Shown here: in pieces, positions 21,694 to 30,589 of the stretch
Layout of the letters: every line of letters starts with the position of its first letter
Numbering within the stretch: position 1 is the first letter of the stretch
From: Mycobacterium tuberculosis H37Rv
GTDB lineage: Bacteria; Actinomycetota; Actinomycetes; Mycobacteriales; Mycobacteriaceae
Length of the DNA stretch: 32,000 nt
Direction of reading: 5' to 3'
NCBI RefSeq assembly: GCF_000195955.2
Contig: NC_000962.3
Coordinates: 1,800,001 to 1,832,000, forward strand
Notes under the pieces: model-generated
What the model was told of the DNA's origin: nothing
Databases searched by the model: none
The model's input: only the letters and a program-made list of their open reading frames with translations
Translations under genes and position numbers: made by a program

Positions 21694-23273
21694 CGTCGGA
21701 AACCATCCGAGTTCACTTCGACGACCCGGTCACCGGCCGCGGCGACCTGCTGGCGATGGGCGACGACCAGCACCGTCGCACCCGCGCGGGCACGCTCGAC
21801 AATGGCGCCCAACACGTGTTGTTCGGTGCGGGCGTCCAGGTGCGCGGTGGGCTCGTCGAGCAGCAGCACCGCAGCCGGTGATCCGAGCGCGCGGGCCAGG
21901 CCCAGCCGTTGCCGCTGCCCCAGGGATAACCCGACACCACCGCGCCCCAGCACGGTATCCAGCCCGCGGGGCAACTCGTCTAGTACAGCGTCGAATCCGG
22001 CTGCTGCGCAGGCACGCTCGAGATCATCCACAGGGCCCAGCAGAACCAGGTTGTGGCGGACGGTTCCTGGGACCAGCACCGGCCGCTGCGGCAGCCACGA
22101 CAGTTGCCGCCACCAGGCAGCCGGTGCCAGGTTGGTGACGTCGACTCCGGCGACCGTGATTCGTCCTGACGACGGTGCGGTGAGCCCGGCGATCGCTTGC
22201 AGCGTAGTGCTCTTGCCGGCGCCGTTTCGGCCGGTCAGCACCGTCACCCGACCGGGTTCGATGTCTGCGGTGAGATCATACGGTGCGCGGCCGTCGCGGC
22301 CTCTGACACTGAGTCTCTCCAGGCGAATCACCCCGCCGCGCGCGGTGACCGTTCGTCGGCCGGGTGTTGGTGAGGGTGACTCGCCGAGGAGGGCGAATGC
22401 CTTGTCGGCCGCGGTTCTGCCGTCAGCTGCGGCATGAAACTGGACCCCAACGCGACGCAGCGGCCAGTACACCTCCGGCGCCAATAGCAGCACCGTCAAA
22501 CCGGCCGTCAGGCTCATCTCCCCGAAGACCAGCCGTAGCCCGATGCCCACCGCGACCAGGGCCACGCCCAGCGTGGCCAGCAATTCGAGCACCAGGGCCG
22601 ACAAGAACGCGATCCGCAGCGTCGCCATCGCCGACCGCCGGTGGTCAGCAGACAGTTCCGCGATGCGTTGTTCCGGGCCGGAAGCACGGCCCAGCGCCCG
22701 CAGGGTGGGGATGCCGGCAATCAGGTCTAACAACCGGGCCTGGACGGCGGTCATGGCCGCCAGCGCGGCCGCCGAGGGGTTAGTGGTAGCCAGCCCGATC
22801 AGCACCATGAAGATCGGTATCAGGGGCAGTGTGATCACCACAATGGCCATTGACTTCAAGTCATAGAGCCCGATCACGGCGACGGTGGCCGGGGTCAGGA
22901 TCGCGGCCAGCAGCAACGTGGGCAAATAGCCGGTGAAGTAGGGCCGCAAGCCGTCCAGGCCCCGGGTAATCAGCACCGCGGCGGCGTCTCGCTGCGCAGC
23001 CAGTTGGCTGGGTCGGCGGGCGGTTACCGCGGTCAGCACCTGACCGGACAGGTCGGCGATCACTGCGCTGGCGCCGCGCTGGGCCAGGCGCGCTTGTAGC
23101 CACTGAATCGACGCACGCAACCCCCACAGCACCAACAGGATTGACAGTGGCCCTAGCCAACGACGCAGGCCAGCCATCCCAGGGTTGGCGGGGTCGATGA
23201 CGCCGGCGACGATGCTTGCCAACACGATCGCCGAGCCGATGGCGCAGCCGGAGATCCCGACCCCGCAGGCCAC
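21690..23273 (-). CDS. cydD: ABC transporter CydD, cytochrome bd assembly
   Basis: 527 aa; Walker A GRNGAGKST, signature LSLGQRQRLGLARAL, Walker B VLLLDEPTAHLDA. 4-bp overlap with cydC. Confidence 0.92.
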   Translation of the reverse strand: MACGVGISGCAIGSAIVLASIVAGVIDPANPGMAGLRRWLGPLSILLVLWGLRASIQWLQARLAQRGASAVIADLSGQVLTAVTARRPSQLAAQRDAAAVLITRGLDGLRPYFTGYLPTLLLAAILTPATVAVIGLYDLKSMAIVVITLPLIPIFMVLIGLATTNPSAAALAAMTAVQARLLDLIAGIPTLRALGRASGPEQRIAELSADHRRSAMATLRIAFLSALVLELLATLGVALVAVGIGLRLVFGEMSLTAGLTVLLLAPEVYWPLRRVGVQFHAAADGRTAADKAFALLGESPSPTPGRRTVTARGGVIRLERLSVRGRDGRAPYDLTADIEPGRVTVLTGRNGAGKSTTLQAIAGLTAPSSGRITVAGVDVTNLAPAAWWRQLSWLPQRPVLVPGTVRHNLVLLGPVDDLERACAAAGFDAVLDELPRGLDTVLGRGGVGLSLGQRQRLGLARALGSPAAVLLLDEPTAHLDARTEQHVLGAIVERARAGATVLVVAHRQQVAAAGDRVVEVNSDGFRR

Positions 23274-23359
23274 CGTGCTGAGTAGATAGCGGCGCAGCGC
23301 CGCCGATGCCTGCCACAGCCGCGGATCCAGGGGCGCCCGGGTTCCCCGGGCCTTGGTGC

Positions 23360-24400
23360 TCAGGGCGCGCGCCTCGCCAGACCGGTGGGTGGAGGTATCC
23401 GTTCAGCTGAGATCCGTTGCCGGAAAACCCAATACGTCCATGTCTGGTACGCCACCGTCAGTGGAGCGAAGAACGCGGTCACCCACGTCATGATCTTGAG
23501 GGTGTACGGGGTCGACGACGCGTTATGGATCGTTAGGCTCCACTGCGGGTTCAGGGTTGAGGGCACCAGGTTCGGGTACAGCGCGCCGAACAGCAGCACC
23601 ACCACAGCCGCCACGACTATCAACGTGCACATGAACGCCCAGCCGTCGGACACCCGCCGCCACACTAAGACCGTCGCCGCCGCCTGCGCGCACCCCGCAA
23701 CTGCCAGCACCAGCCACGTCCAGTCTTTGCCGTATGCCAGTTGCGTCCAAAGTCCAAAGCCCGCAACCAGTCCCGCCACAGGAAGCGAAAGCCATACGGC
23801 GAATCGGTAGGCATCGTCGCGGATCGGCCCGGAGGTTTTCAAAGCGATGAACACCGCGCCGTAGAGCGAGAACAGTCCGGCGGTCGCCAGACCGCCCAGC
23901 AGGGTGTAGGCGTTGAGCACGTCGGGAATCGACAGGGCAACATGACCGTTCGCGTCTACCGGGAGTCCGCGGACCAGAATGGCGAACGCCACACCCCACA
24001 ACAGGGCAGGCAGCCAGGATCCCGCCGCGATCCCGAAGTCTGCCCCGGTCCGCCATTTCGGGTCGTCGATCTTGCCGCGCCATTCGATGGCGACGGCGCG
24101 CAGGATCATACCGAACAGGATCGCCAGCAGCGGCAGATACAGCGCGGAGAACACGGTCGCGTACCAGCCGGGAAACGCGGCGAATATGGCCGCGCCGGCG
24201 GTGATCAGCCAGACTTCGTTGCCGTCCCAGACCGGTCCGATGGTGTTGAGTGCCGTGCGCCGGTGGGTCTCCGGATCGCCCATACCGACATGAGCGAACG
24301 GCGCCATCAGCATGCCCACGCCGAAGTCGAACCCTTCTAGGATGAAGAAACCGAGGAACAGCGCTGCGATGACACCGAACCACAATTCTTGGAGTACCAC
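23360..24400 (-). CDS. cydB: Cytochrome bd ubiquinol oxidase subunit II
   Basis: 346 aa from GTG at 24400 (VVLQELWFGVIAALFLGFFILEGFDFGVGML). The 394-aa ORF-track version has an unsupported N-terminal extension. Confidence 0.95.
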   Translation of the reverse strand: MVLQELWFGVIAALFLGFFILEGFDFGVGMLMAPFAHVGMGDPETHRRTALNTIGPVWDGNEVWLITAGAAIFAAFPGWYATVFSALYLPLLAILFGMILRAVAIEWRGKIDDPKWRTGADFGIAAGSWLPALLWGVAFAILVRGLPVDANGHVALSIPDVLNAYTLLGGLATAGLFSLYGAVFIALKTSGPIRDDAYRFAVWLSLPVAGLVAGFGLWTQLAYGKDWTWLVLAVAGCAQAAATVLVWRRVSDGWAFMCTLIVVAAVVVLLFGALYPNLVPSTLNPQWSLTIHNASSTPYTLKIMTWVTAFFAPLTVAYQTWTYWVFRQRISAERIPPPTGLARRAP

Positions 24401-24429
24401 CGGCTGCTCCTTTCCGGGGTCAGTTGGCC

Positions 24430-25887
24430 TCAGTAAGCAAACGACAATGGTGCTACCTCGTCGTCGCGGGGTGCCCCGTGCGCAGCCGGTTCCGCGTCGT
24501 GTTCCAGGGGGCCTTCGACGATGTAACGCTTGAGCAGCCAGCACCAGATGACCGCAAGTACCGCGTAGACCAAGGTGAACATCAGCAAAGACGTGGCGAC
24601 CACGGTGGCGGAGTGATCCGAGACGCCTGCTTTGACGGTGAGTCGAACCAGCTGATCACCGGTCGGGTTAGGGACGACGACCCAGGGCTGGCGCCCCATC
24701 TCGGTGAACACCCATCCGGCGCTGTTGGCCAGGAACGGGGCGGGCATGGTTAGCAGCGCCAGCCAGGAGAACCAGCGTTGATTGGGGATCTGGCCGCCAC
24801 GGGTGAGCCAGAGCGCAATCAGTGCGAACAGCACCGGGATCGCCATCAACCCGATCATCATGCGAAATGACCAGTAGGTGACGAAGAGGTTGGGCCGGTA
24901 GTCGTTTGGTCCGAAGCGCTGCTGGTATTCCTGCTGCAGATCGCGGATACCCTGCAACGTCACACCGCTGATCCGGCCCTCGGCGAGGAACGGCAACACA
25001 TAGGGCACTTCGATGACACGGGTGAGGCTGTCGCAGTTGTTTTGCCGGCCGACCGTCAGGACAGAGAAGTTTGGATCTGTCTGGGTATCGCACAACGATT
25101 CGGCCGACGCCATCTTCATCGGCTGCTGCTGGAACATCAGCTTGCCTTGGTGGTCGCCGGTGAACAACAACCCGGCCGTGGCGGCCAACGCAACCCAACA
25201 CCCCAGGATGGTCGCGGGACGATACATGGCTTGGGTATCTGAGTCGGCGTGCGTGGTGCTCGAACGGACCAGCCACCAGGCGCTCACCGCGGCGACGAAG
25301 GTCCCGGCGGTCAGCAGCGCACCGCTGACAGTGTGGGTAAACGCCGCCTGTGCGGTGTTGTTGGTCAGCAGCACGACGATGCTGCTCAACTCGGCACGCC
25401 CGGTGGTCGGGTTGTAGTGCGCGCCGACCGGATGCTGCATGAAGGAGTTTGCCGCGATGATGAAGAACGCGGACACGTTGACCGCGATTGCGACGATCCA
25501 GATGCAGGCCAGATGCACCAGCCGGGGCAGCCTGTTCCAGCCGAAGATCCACAACCCGATGAAGGTGGATTCGAAGAAGAAGGCCGCCAGGCCCTCCATG
25601 GCCAGCGGGGCGCCGAAGACATCGCCGACGAATCGGGAGTACTCGCTCCAGTTCATGCCGAACTGAAATTCCTGCACGATTCCGGTCGCCACGCCGATGG
25701 CAAAGTTGATCAGGAACAATTTGCCGAAGAATTTGGTGAGGCGATACCAGGCGGGGTTATCGGTGACGACCCACAGCGTTTGCATGACCGCGATCAGCGG
25801 GGCCAGGCCGATGGTCAGCGGTACGAAAATGAAGTGATAGACGGTGGTGATACCGAACTGCCACCGCGAAATGTCGACGACATTCAT
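24430..25887 (-). CDS. cydA: Cytochrome bd ubiquinol oxidase subunit I
   Basis: 485 aa; MNVVDISRWQFGITTVYHFIFVPLTIG, GDHQGKLM, NSAGWVFTEMGRQPWVV. Confidence 0.97.
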   Translation of the reverse strand: MNVVDISRWQFGITTVYHFIFVPLTIGLAPLIAVMQTLWVVTDNPAWYRLTKFFGKLFLINFAIGVATGIVQEFQFGMNWSEYSRFVGDVFGAPLAMEGLAAFFFESTFIGLWIFGWNRLPRLVHLACIWIVAIAVNVSAFFIIAANSFMQHPVGAHYNPTTGRAELSSIVVLLTNNTAQAAFTHTVSGALLTAGTFVAAVSAWWLVRSSTTHADSDTQAMYRPATILGCWVALAATAGLLFTGDHQGKLMFQQQPMKMASAESLCDTQTDPNFSVLTVGRQNNCDSLTRVIEVPYVLPFLAEGRISGVTLQGIRDLQQEYQQRFGPNDYRPNLFVTYWSFRMMIGLMAIPVLFALIALWLTRGGQIPNQRWFSWLALLTMPAPFLANSAGWVFTEMGRQPWVVVPNPTGDQLVRLTVKAGVSDHSATVVATSLLMFTLVYAVLAVIWCWLLKRYIVEGPLEHDAEPAAHGAPRDDEVAPLSFAY

Positions 25888-25997
25888 CTGTCATCTCCGG
25901 AGATACTACGGGGCCGACTGATTTGGCTACGACGAAGTGTAGTAGGCACGAGTGGGCCCGCGCTACTGGCAATCGTGGGTGCACCGCGATTCTGCGG

Positions 25998-26585
25998 TCA
26001 GCCGAGCGTCTGCGAAGCCTTGCGGATGGCGAACGACGACGCGATCTCGCATGTGCCGATCACCACGAGCCAGATGCCGACGACCAACGCCAGTATCCAG
26101 ATGGACTCGAACGGCGATGCCATCACCACAATGCCGGCGATGAGGCTGATCACGCCGACGAAGATGGACCATCCCCGTCCCGGCAGCATCGGATCACTAA
26201 TCGCCGAAACCGTGGTGGCGACGCCGCGGAAGATGAACCCGATGCCGATCCAGATGGCCAGCAACAGAACCGCGTCACCGAAATGGCGAAAGGCCAGCAC
26301 AGCCAGGATGAGTGAGGCGGCACCGCTGATGAACAACAGGATCCGGCCGCCCGCCGAAACATGCAGGCTGAACGCGAACGCAACCTGAGCGACACCGGTA
26401 ATCAGGAGGTAGACACCGAACGCCATGGCAGCAACGAGAATGGATATTCCTGGCCAGGCCAGCACCAGGACGCCCAGGATCAGCGACAGAATTCCCGATG
26501 CCAGAGTGGACTTCCAGAGATGCGGCAACAACCTTGGGAGAGGGCTCACGACAGGGCTTGGTTCCATGGGCGCAGTGTGACACAT
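25998..26585 (-). CDS. HdeD/DUF308-like integral membrane protein
   Basis: 195 aa; repeated TM pairs (SILSLILGVLVLAWPGISILVAAMAFGVYLLITGVAQ; VGVISLIAGIVVMASPFESIWILALVVGIWLVVIG) typical of the DUF308 repeat. Confidence 0.82.
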   Translation of the reverse strand: MCHTAPMEPSPVVSPLPRLLPHLWKSTLASGILSLILGVLVLAWPGISILVAAMAFGVYLLITGVAQVAFAFSLHVSAGGRILLFISGAASLILAVLAFRHFGDAVLLLAIWIGIGFIFRGVATTVSAISDPMLPGRGWSIFVGVISLIAGIVVMASPFESIWILALVVGIWLVVIGTCEIASSFAIRKASQTLG

Positions 26586-26613
26586 GTAGCGGCCCCGGGA
26601 TAGCGCTTGGCGG

Positions 26614-27945
26614 TCAGACCCCTGCCGTGCGGGGTTCGGCCCCGCGCACCTCGCCGGGATCTGCGGCTACCTTGCGGCCGATGAGGTACCACGTGCGCAT
26701 TACGCCTTTCCCCTTGACGTTTATGTGGCCGCGCTCGCGCAACACGAAGTCGTCCTTGAGACGCTCGTAAACCTCGTCTGGCACCTGAATTTGCCCCACC
26801 GAATCGGTGGATTCCATCCGCGACGCGACATTGACCGCGTCGCCCCACACGTCGTAGAAGAACCGTCGAGAACCCACCACACCCGCCACCACCGGGCCGG
26901 TGGCCAGGCCCACCCGCAGCGGCACCGGGTTGCCGCGTGGATCCTTCAATTGCGCTGCGACATTGGTCATGTCGAGCGCAAAGTCCGCCAGTGCTTGCGT
27001 ATGGTCAGGCCGGGGCCGCGGAACGCCGCTGACAACCATGTAGGAGTCCCCGCTGACCTTGATTTTCTCCAGCCCGTGCTGGTCGACCAGCTCGTCGAAA
27101 GCGCTGTAGAGGCGGTCCAGGAACCGGACCAGGTCCGCCGGCGCGGTGCTACTGGCGCGTTCGGTGAACCCGACGATGTCGGCGAACAGCACCGAGGCCT
27201 CGTCGTATTTATCGGCGATGATGTTTCGCTCGGGTTCTTTAAGCCGCTCGGCGATGCTGGCCGGCAACATGTTGGCCAGCAGTGCTTCGGAGCGGTCGTG
27301 CTCCGCCTCCATGACCGCCTCCGCGCGCGCAGTATCACGCAGCGCGAACCACACCGTTGCGACCGCTACCCCGCAGGCGGAGACGGTCGTGAGGACGAAA
27401 CTTACCGACATGGCCCAGGGCGGCTGAAGCCCAGTATCGGGCGGGACCAGGAACTCCAGGGCAATCACCAGACCGGCGGCGACCGCCGCTAGGCCCACCG
27501 CTAACGCGGTGTGTTCGATGCCGACCAGCAACACCACCAACGCGGCGGCTACCAAGAAGAAGAACTGGGCACCCGCGTCGGTGCCCACATCCCAGCCGAT
27601 GGCGAAGATCGCCACATAGGCGGTGCCGATGAACGTAAGCGGTGCCACCAATCCCCCGAAGCGATGTAGCAGGGGCACGATCGCGAAAGTAACCGCGGTG
27701 AAGACGTTGATCAGGGCGATGTACCAGCCCCCGGCCCCGGTCGCTAGTTGCATTAGCGCGAAGCTCCCGGTTACCACGACAGCGAGCCAGGCGGTGATGG
27801 TAAGCACGCGCTGCCGCCGCGCGACGCTTTCGGCGTAGTGCTGCGTGGGAGCGCGGGCCTGAGTGCGCACGGCCGTGACACAGTCTGGGCGTCGTGTCGA
27901 GCCATCCGCTGCTATCGGTGGGGCGCCGCATTTTCTTGCCGCCAC
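26614..27945 (-). CDS. cya: Membrane-bound class III adenylate cyclase, mammalian-like
   Basis: 443 aa; six hydrophobic segments, then catalytic domain with ASVLFADIVGFTERAS and LEKIKVSGDSYMVVSG (metal-binding and purine-binding residues). Confidence 0.94.
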   Translation of the reverse strand: MAARKCGAPPIAADGSTRRPDCVTAVRTQARAPTQHYAESVARRQRVLTITAWLAVVVTGSFALMQLATGAGGWYIALINVFTAVTFAIVPLLHRFGGLVAPLTFIGTAYVAIFAIGWDVGTDAGAQFFFLVAAALVVLLVGIEHTALAVGLAAVAAGLVIALEFLVPPDTGLQPPWAMSVSFVLTTVSACGVAVATVWFALRDTARAEAVMEAEHDRSEALLANMLPASIAERLKEPERNIIADKYDEASVLFADIVGFTERASSTAPADLVRFLDRLYSAFDELVDQHGLEKIKVSGDSYMVVSGVPRPRPDHTQALADFALDMTNVAAQLKDPRGNPVPLRVGLATGPVVAGVVGSRRFFYDVWGDAVNVASRMESTDSVGQIQVPDEVYERLKDDFVLRERGHINVKGKGVMRTWYLIGRKVAADPGEVRGAEPRTAGV

Positions 27946-28014
27946 GAACTAAAGCCTAATCGGTGAGTTAGCGTTTACCGACTCTGTCGGCGCTTTCCGG
28001 GTGCGTTCGCTTGG

Positions 28015-28088
28015 TGCCCTCGGTGGGATTCGAACCCACACTGGACGGGTTTTGAGTCCGTTTCCTCTGCCAGTTGGGATACGAGGGC
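28015..28088 (-). tRNA. tRNA with CAA anticodon (decodes UUG, Leu); genomically encoded CCA at 28012-28014
   Basis: Reverse complement GCCCTCG-TA-TCCCAACTGGCAGAGGA-A-ACGGA-CTCAAAA-CCCGT-CCAGT-GTGGG-TTCGAAT-CCCAC-CGAGGGC-A-CCA. Perfect 7-bp acceptor stem and 5-bp T stem, TTCGAAT T-loop, anticodon CAA. The variable loop is only 5 nt. Confidence 0.9.
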
Positions 28089-28179
28089 TTGATCCGGTCT
28101 CCTACTCTAGAGGAGCCACGTCCCGACTCACCGCCCCCCGAGGTTCCCGATCGCGCCCGCTCACGACACAATGTCCGTC

Positions 28180-28797
28180 ATGACCGGCCCCACCACCGAC
28201 GCCGATGCCGCTGTCCCACGTCGGGTCTTGATCGCGGAAGATGAAGCGCTCATCCGCATGGACCTGGCCGAGATGTTGCGAGAGGAGGGATATGAAATTG
28301 TCGGCGAGGCCGGCGACGGCCAGGAAGCCGTCGAGCTGGCCGAGCTGCACAAGCCCGACCTGGTGATCATGGACGTGAAGATGCCGCGCCGGGACGGGAT
28401 CGACGCCGCATCCGAAATCGCCAGCAAACGTATTGCCCCGATCGTGGTGCTGACCGCGTTCAGCCAGCGTGATCTGGTCGAACGTGCGCGTGATGCCGGG
28501 GCGATGGCATACCTGGTAAAGCCTTTCAGCATCAGCGACCTGATTCCAGCGATTGAATTGGCGGTCAGCCGGTTCAGGGAGATCACCGCGTTGGAAGGCG
28601 AGGTGGCGACGCTATCTGAACGGTTGGAAACCCGCAAGCTGGTGGAACGAGCAAAAGGCCTGCTGCAGACCAAACATGGGATGACCGAGCCGGACGCTTT
28701 CAAGTGGATTCAACGTGCCGCCATGGATCGGCGCACCACCATGAAGCGGGTGGCCGAAGTCGTGCTGGAAACCCTCGGAACACCCAAAGACACCTGA
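28180..28797 (+). CDS. pdtaR: Response regulator with ANTAR RNA-binding output domain
   Basis: 205 aa from ATG 28180. Receiver RVLIAEDEALIRMDLAEML / DLVIMDVKMPRRDG / PFSISDL, then ANTAR-like LETRKLVERAKGLLQTKHGMTEPDAFKWIQRAAMDRRTTMKRVAEVVLE. Confidence 0.95.
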   Translation: MTGPTTDADAAVPRRVLIAEDEALIRMDLAEMLREEGYEIVGEAGDGQEAVELAELHKPDLVIMDVKMPRRDGIDAASEIASKRIAPIVVLTAFSQRDLVERARDAGAMAYLVKPFSISDLIPAIELAVSRFREITALEGEVATLSERLETRKLVERAKGLLQTKHGMTEPDAFKWIQRAAMDRRTTMKRVAEVVLETLGTPKDT

Positions 28798-28799
28798 GG

Positions 28800-28859
28800 G
28801 CGAGCAGACGCAAAATCGCCCATTTCGTACCCGAAATGGGCGATTTTGCGTCTGCTCGC
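28800..28859. terminator. Perfect 28-bp inverted repeat with 4-nt loop; probable bidirectional terminator or dispersed palindromic element
   Basis: GCGAGCAGACGCAAAATCGCCCATTTCG-TACC-CGAAATGGGCGATTTTGCGTCTGCTCGC, between the convergent stops at 28797 (+) and 28865 (-). Confidence 0.8.
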
Positions 28860-28864
28860 GGAAC

Positions 28865-30073
28865 CTAGCGCGCGACGATCACCGACGAGCCGTGCCCGAA
28901 CAGGCCCTGGTTGGCGGTGACGCCGACCTTGGCGTCCGCCACCTGCCGGCCGGTGGCCTGACCGCGCAGCTGCCAGGTCAGCTCGCAGACCTGCGCGATC
29001 GCCTGGGCGGGAATCGCCTCACCGAAACACGCCAGCCCGCCCGACGGGTTGACCGGGACCCTGCCGCCGAGGGTGGTCGCGCCGCTGCGCAGCAGCGCCT
29101 CGGCCTCACCCTTGGGGCAGAGCCCCAGGTGTTCGTACCAGTCGAGTTCCAACGCGGTGGACAGGTCGTAGACCTCGGCCAGGCTTAAGTCTTCTGGACC
29201 AATACCGGCCTCCGCGTAGGCAGCGTCGAGGATCTGATCCTTGAACACCCGCTCCGGAGCCGGCACCGCGGCGGTGGAATCCGTTGCGATATCCGGCAAT
29301 TCGGGCAAATGTTGCGGGTATTTCGGGGTAACGGTGCTGATCGCGCGCACCGACGGCACGCCCGCCACCGAGCCAAGGTGCTTCTCGGTGAAAGACTTGC
29401 TGGCCACGATGAGTGCGGCCGCACCGTCGGAGGTGGCGCAGATGTCAAGCAGCCGAAGCGGATCCGAGACCACCGGGCTAGCCAGCACGTCGTCGATCGA
29501 GTTCTCTTTGCGGTAGCGGGCGTTCGGGTTGTCTAGGCCGTGCCGGGAGTTCTTGACCTTCACTTGAGCGAAGTCCTCGACTGTGGCGCCGTACAGGTCC
29601 ATGCGCCGGCGCGCCAGCAGCGCGAAGTACACCGTGTTCGTCGCCCCGATCAGATGGAAGCGCTGCCAGTCGGGGTCGCCCTTGCGCTCGCCGCCCACGG
29701 GCGCGAAAAAGCCCTTCGGTGTGGTGTCGGCGCCGATCACCAGCGCCACGTCACAGAAACCGGCCAAGATCTGCGCGCGAGCACTCTGCAGCGCTTGGGA
29801 ACCGCTGGCACACGCGGCGTAGCTGGAGCTGACCGGCACACCGGTCCAGCCGAGCTTCTGGGCGAACGTGGCACCGGCGACGAAGCCCGGATACCCGTTG
29901 CGGATGGTGTCCGCTCCGGCGACCAGCTGCACGTGCCGCCAGTCCACGCCGGCGTCCCGCAACGCGGCGCGGGCGGCGACCACGCCATACTCGGTGAAGT
30001 CATTACCCCATTTCCCCCACGGGTGCATACCGGCACCCAGGATGTAAACGGGTTCCGGCGCGCTCATCCTCAT
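28865..30073 (-). CDS. Thiolase-like / non-specific lipid-transfer-protein-like protein
   Basis: 402 aa; SSYAACASGSQALQSARAQILAGFCDVALVIGADTTPKGFF, LAEVYDLSTALELDWYEHLG, VNPSGGLACFGEAIPAQAIAQ. Overlaps the DUF35 partner. Confidence 0.88.
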   Translation of the reverse strand: MRMSAPEPVYILGAGMHPWGKWGNDFTEYGVVAARAALRDAGVDWRHVQLVAGADTIRNGYPGFVAGATFAQKLGWTGVPVSSSYAACASGSQALQSARAQILAGFCDVALVIGADTTPKGFFAPVGGERKGDPDWQRFHLIGATNTVYFALLARRRMDLYGATVEDFAQVKVKNSRHGLDNPNARYRKENSIDDVLASPVVSDPLRLLDICATSDGAAALIVASKSFTEKHLGSVAGVPSVRAISTVTPKYPQHLPELPDIATDSTAAVPAPERVFKDQILDAAYAEAGIGPEDLSLAEVYDLSTALELDWYEHLGLCPKGEAEALLRSGATTLGGRVPVNPSGGLACFGEAIPAQAIAQVCELTWQLRGQATGRQVADAKVGVTANQGLFGHGSSVIVAR

Positions 30074-30561
30074 CGGCGCCGCTCCTCAGCATCGCTGCGC
30101 TCTGCATCGTCGCCGGCGCGCGATGGGATCCGCCACGCGTAGACGATGCGCTGCACACCGTCGTCGTCGGCGAACAGCGGCATGGTCGTCAGCTCCATCT
30201 CCATGCCGACCTTCAGATCGGCGGCCAGCGTGCCATCGACCACTTTGCCCAGCACGATCAGTCCCTCGTCGGCCAGTTCCACCGCGGCCACGGCGAACGG
30301 CTCAAAGGGGTCGGGTGCCGGGTACGGCGGTGGCGGGGCGTACCGGTTTTCGGTGTAGCTCCAAAGCTTTCCGCGGGTCGACAGTCCGACCGACTCTAGT
30401 GTGTCGCTGCCGCAAGCCGGATTCGGACAATTGTCCGCCCGGGGTGGGAAGACGTACGTGCCGCACTGGGGACACTTGCCGCCGAGCAGATGCGGGTTGC
30501 CGGCCTTATCGGTGGTGAACCATCCATCGATTGCCGGTTCTTCACGGGTGACCTCTGGCAC
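30070..30561 (-). CDS. DUF35 OB-fold acyl-CoA-associated protein with zinc ribbon
   Basis: 163 aa; HLLGGKCPQCGTYVFPPRADNCPNPAC zinc ribbon followed by an OB-fold-like region. Paired with the thiolase-like gene. Confidence 0.87.
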   Translation of the reverse strand: MPEVTREEPAIDGWFTTDKAGNPHLLGGKCPQCGTYVFPPRADNCPNPACGSDTLESVGLSTRGKLWSYTENRYAPPPPYPAPDPFEPFAVAAVELADEGLIVLGKVVDGTLAADLKVGMEMELTTMPLFADDDGVQRIVYAWRIPSRAGDDAERSDAEERRR

Positions 30562-30589
30562 CGGTCCAGCCTACCGAGCCCGGGCGTAA

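Noticed and set aside
21049-22437. 462-aa plus-strand ORF antisense to cydC/cydD
   Set aside because: Pure antisense shadow of two well-supported ABC transporter genes; Arg/Ser/Pro-rich product without family motifs.
19963-23273. Possibility that the two ABC genes are a multidrug exporter or novel system
   Set aside because: Adjacent order cydA-cydB-cydD-cydC and ABC half-transporter architecture fit the known cytochrome bd assembly exporter.
25249-26388. 379-aa plus-strand ORF antisense to cydA and the DUF308-like gene
   Set aside because: Opposite strand of confident genes; composition typical of antisense GC-rich frames.
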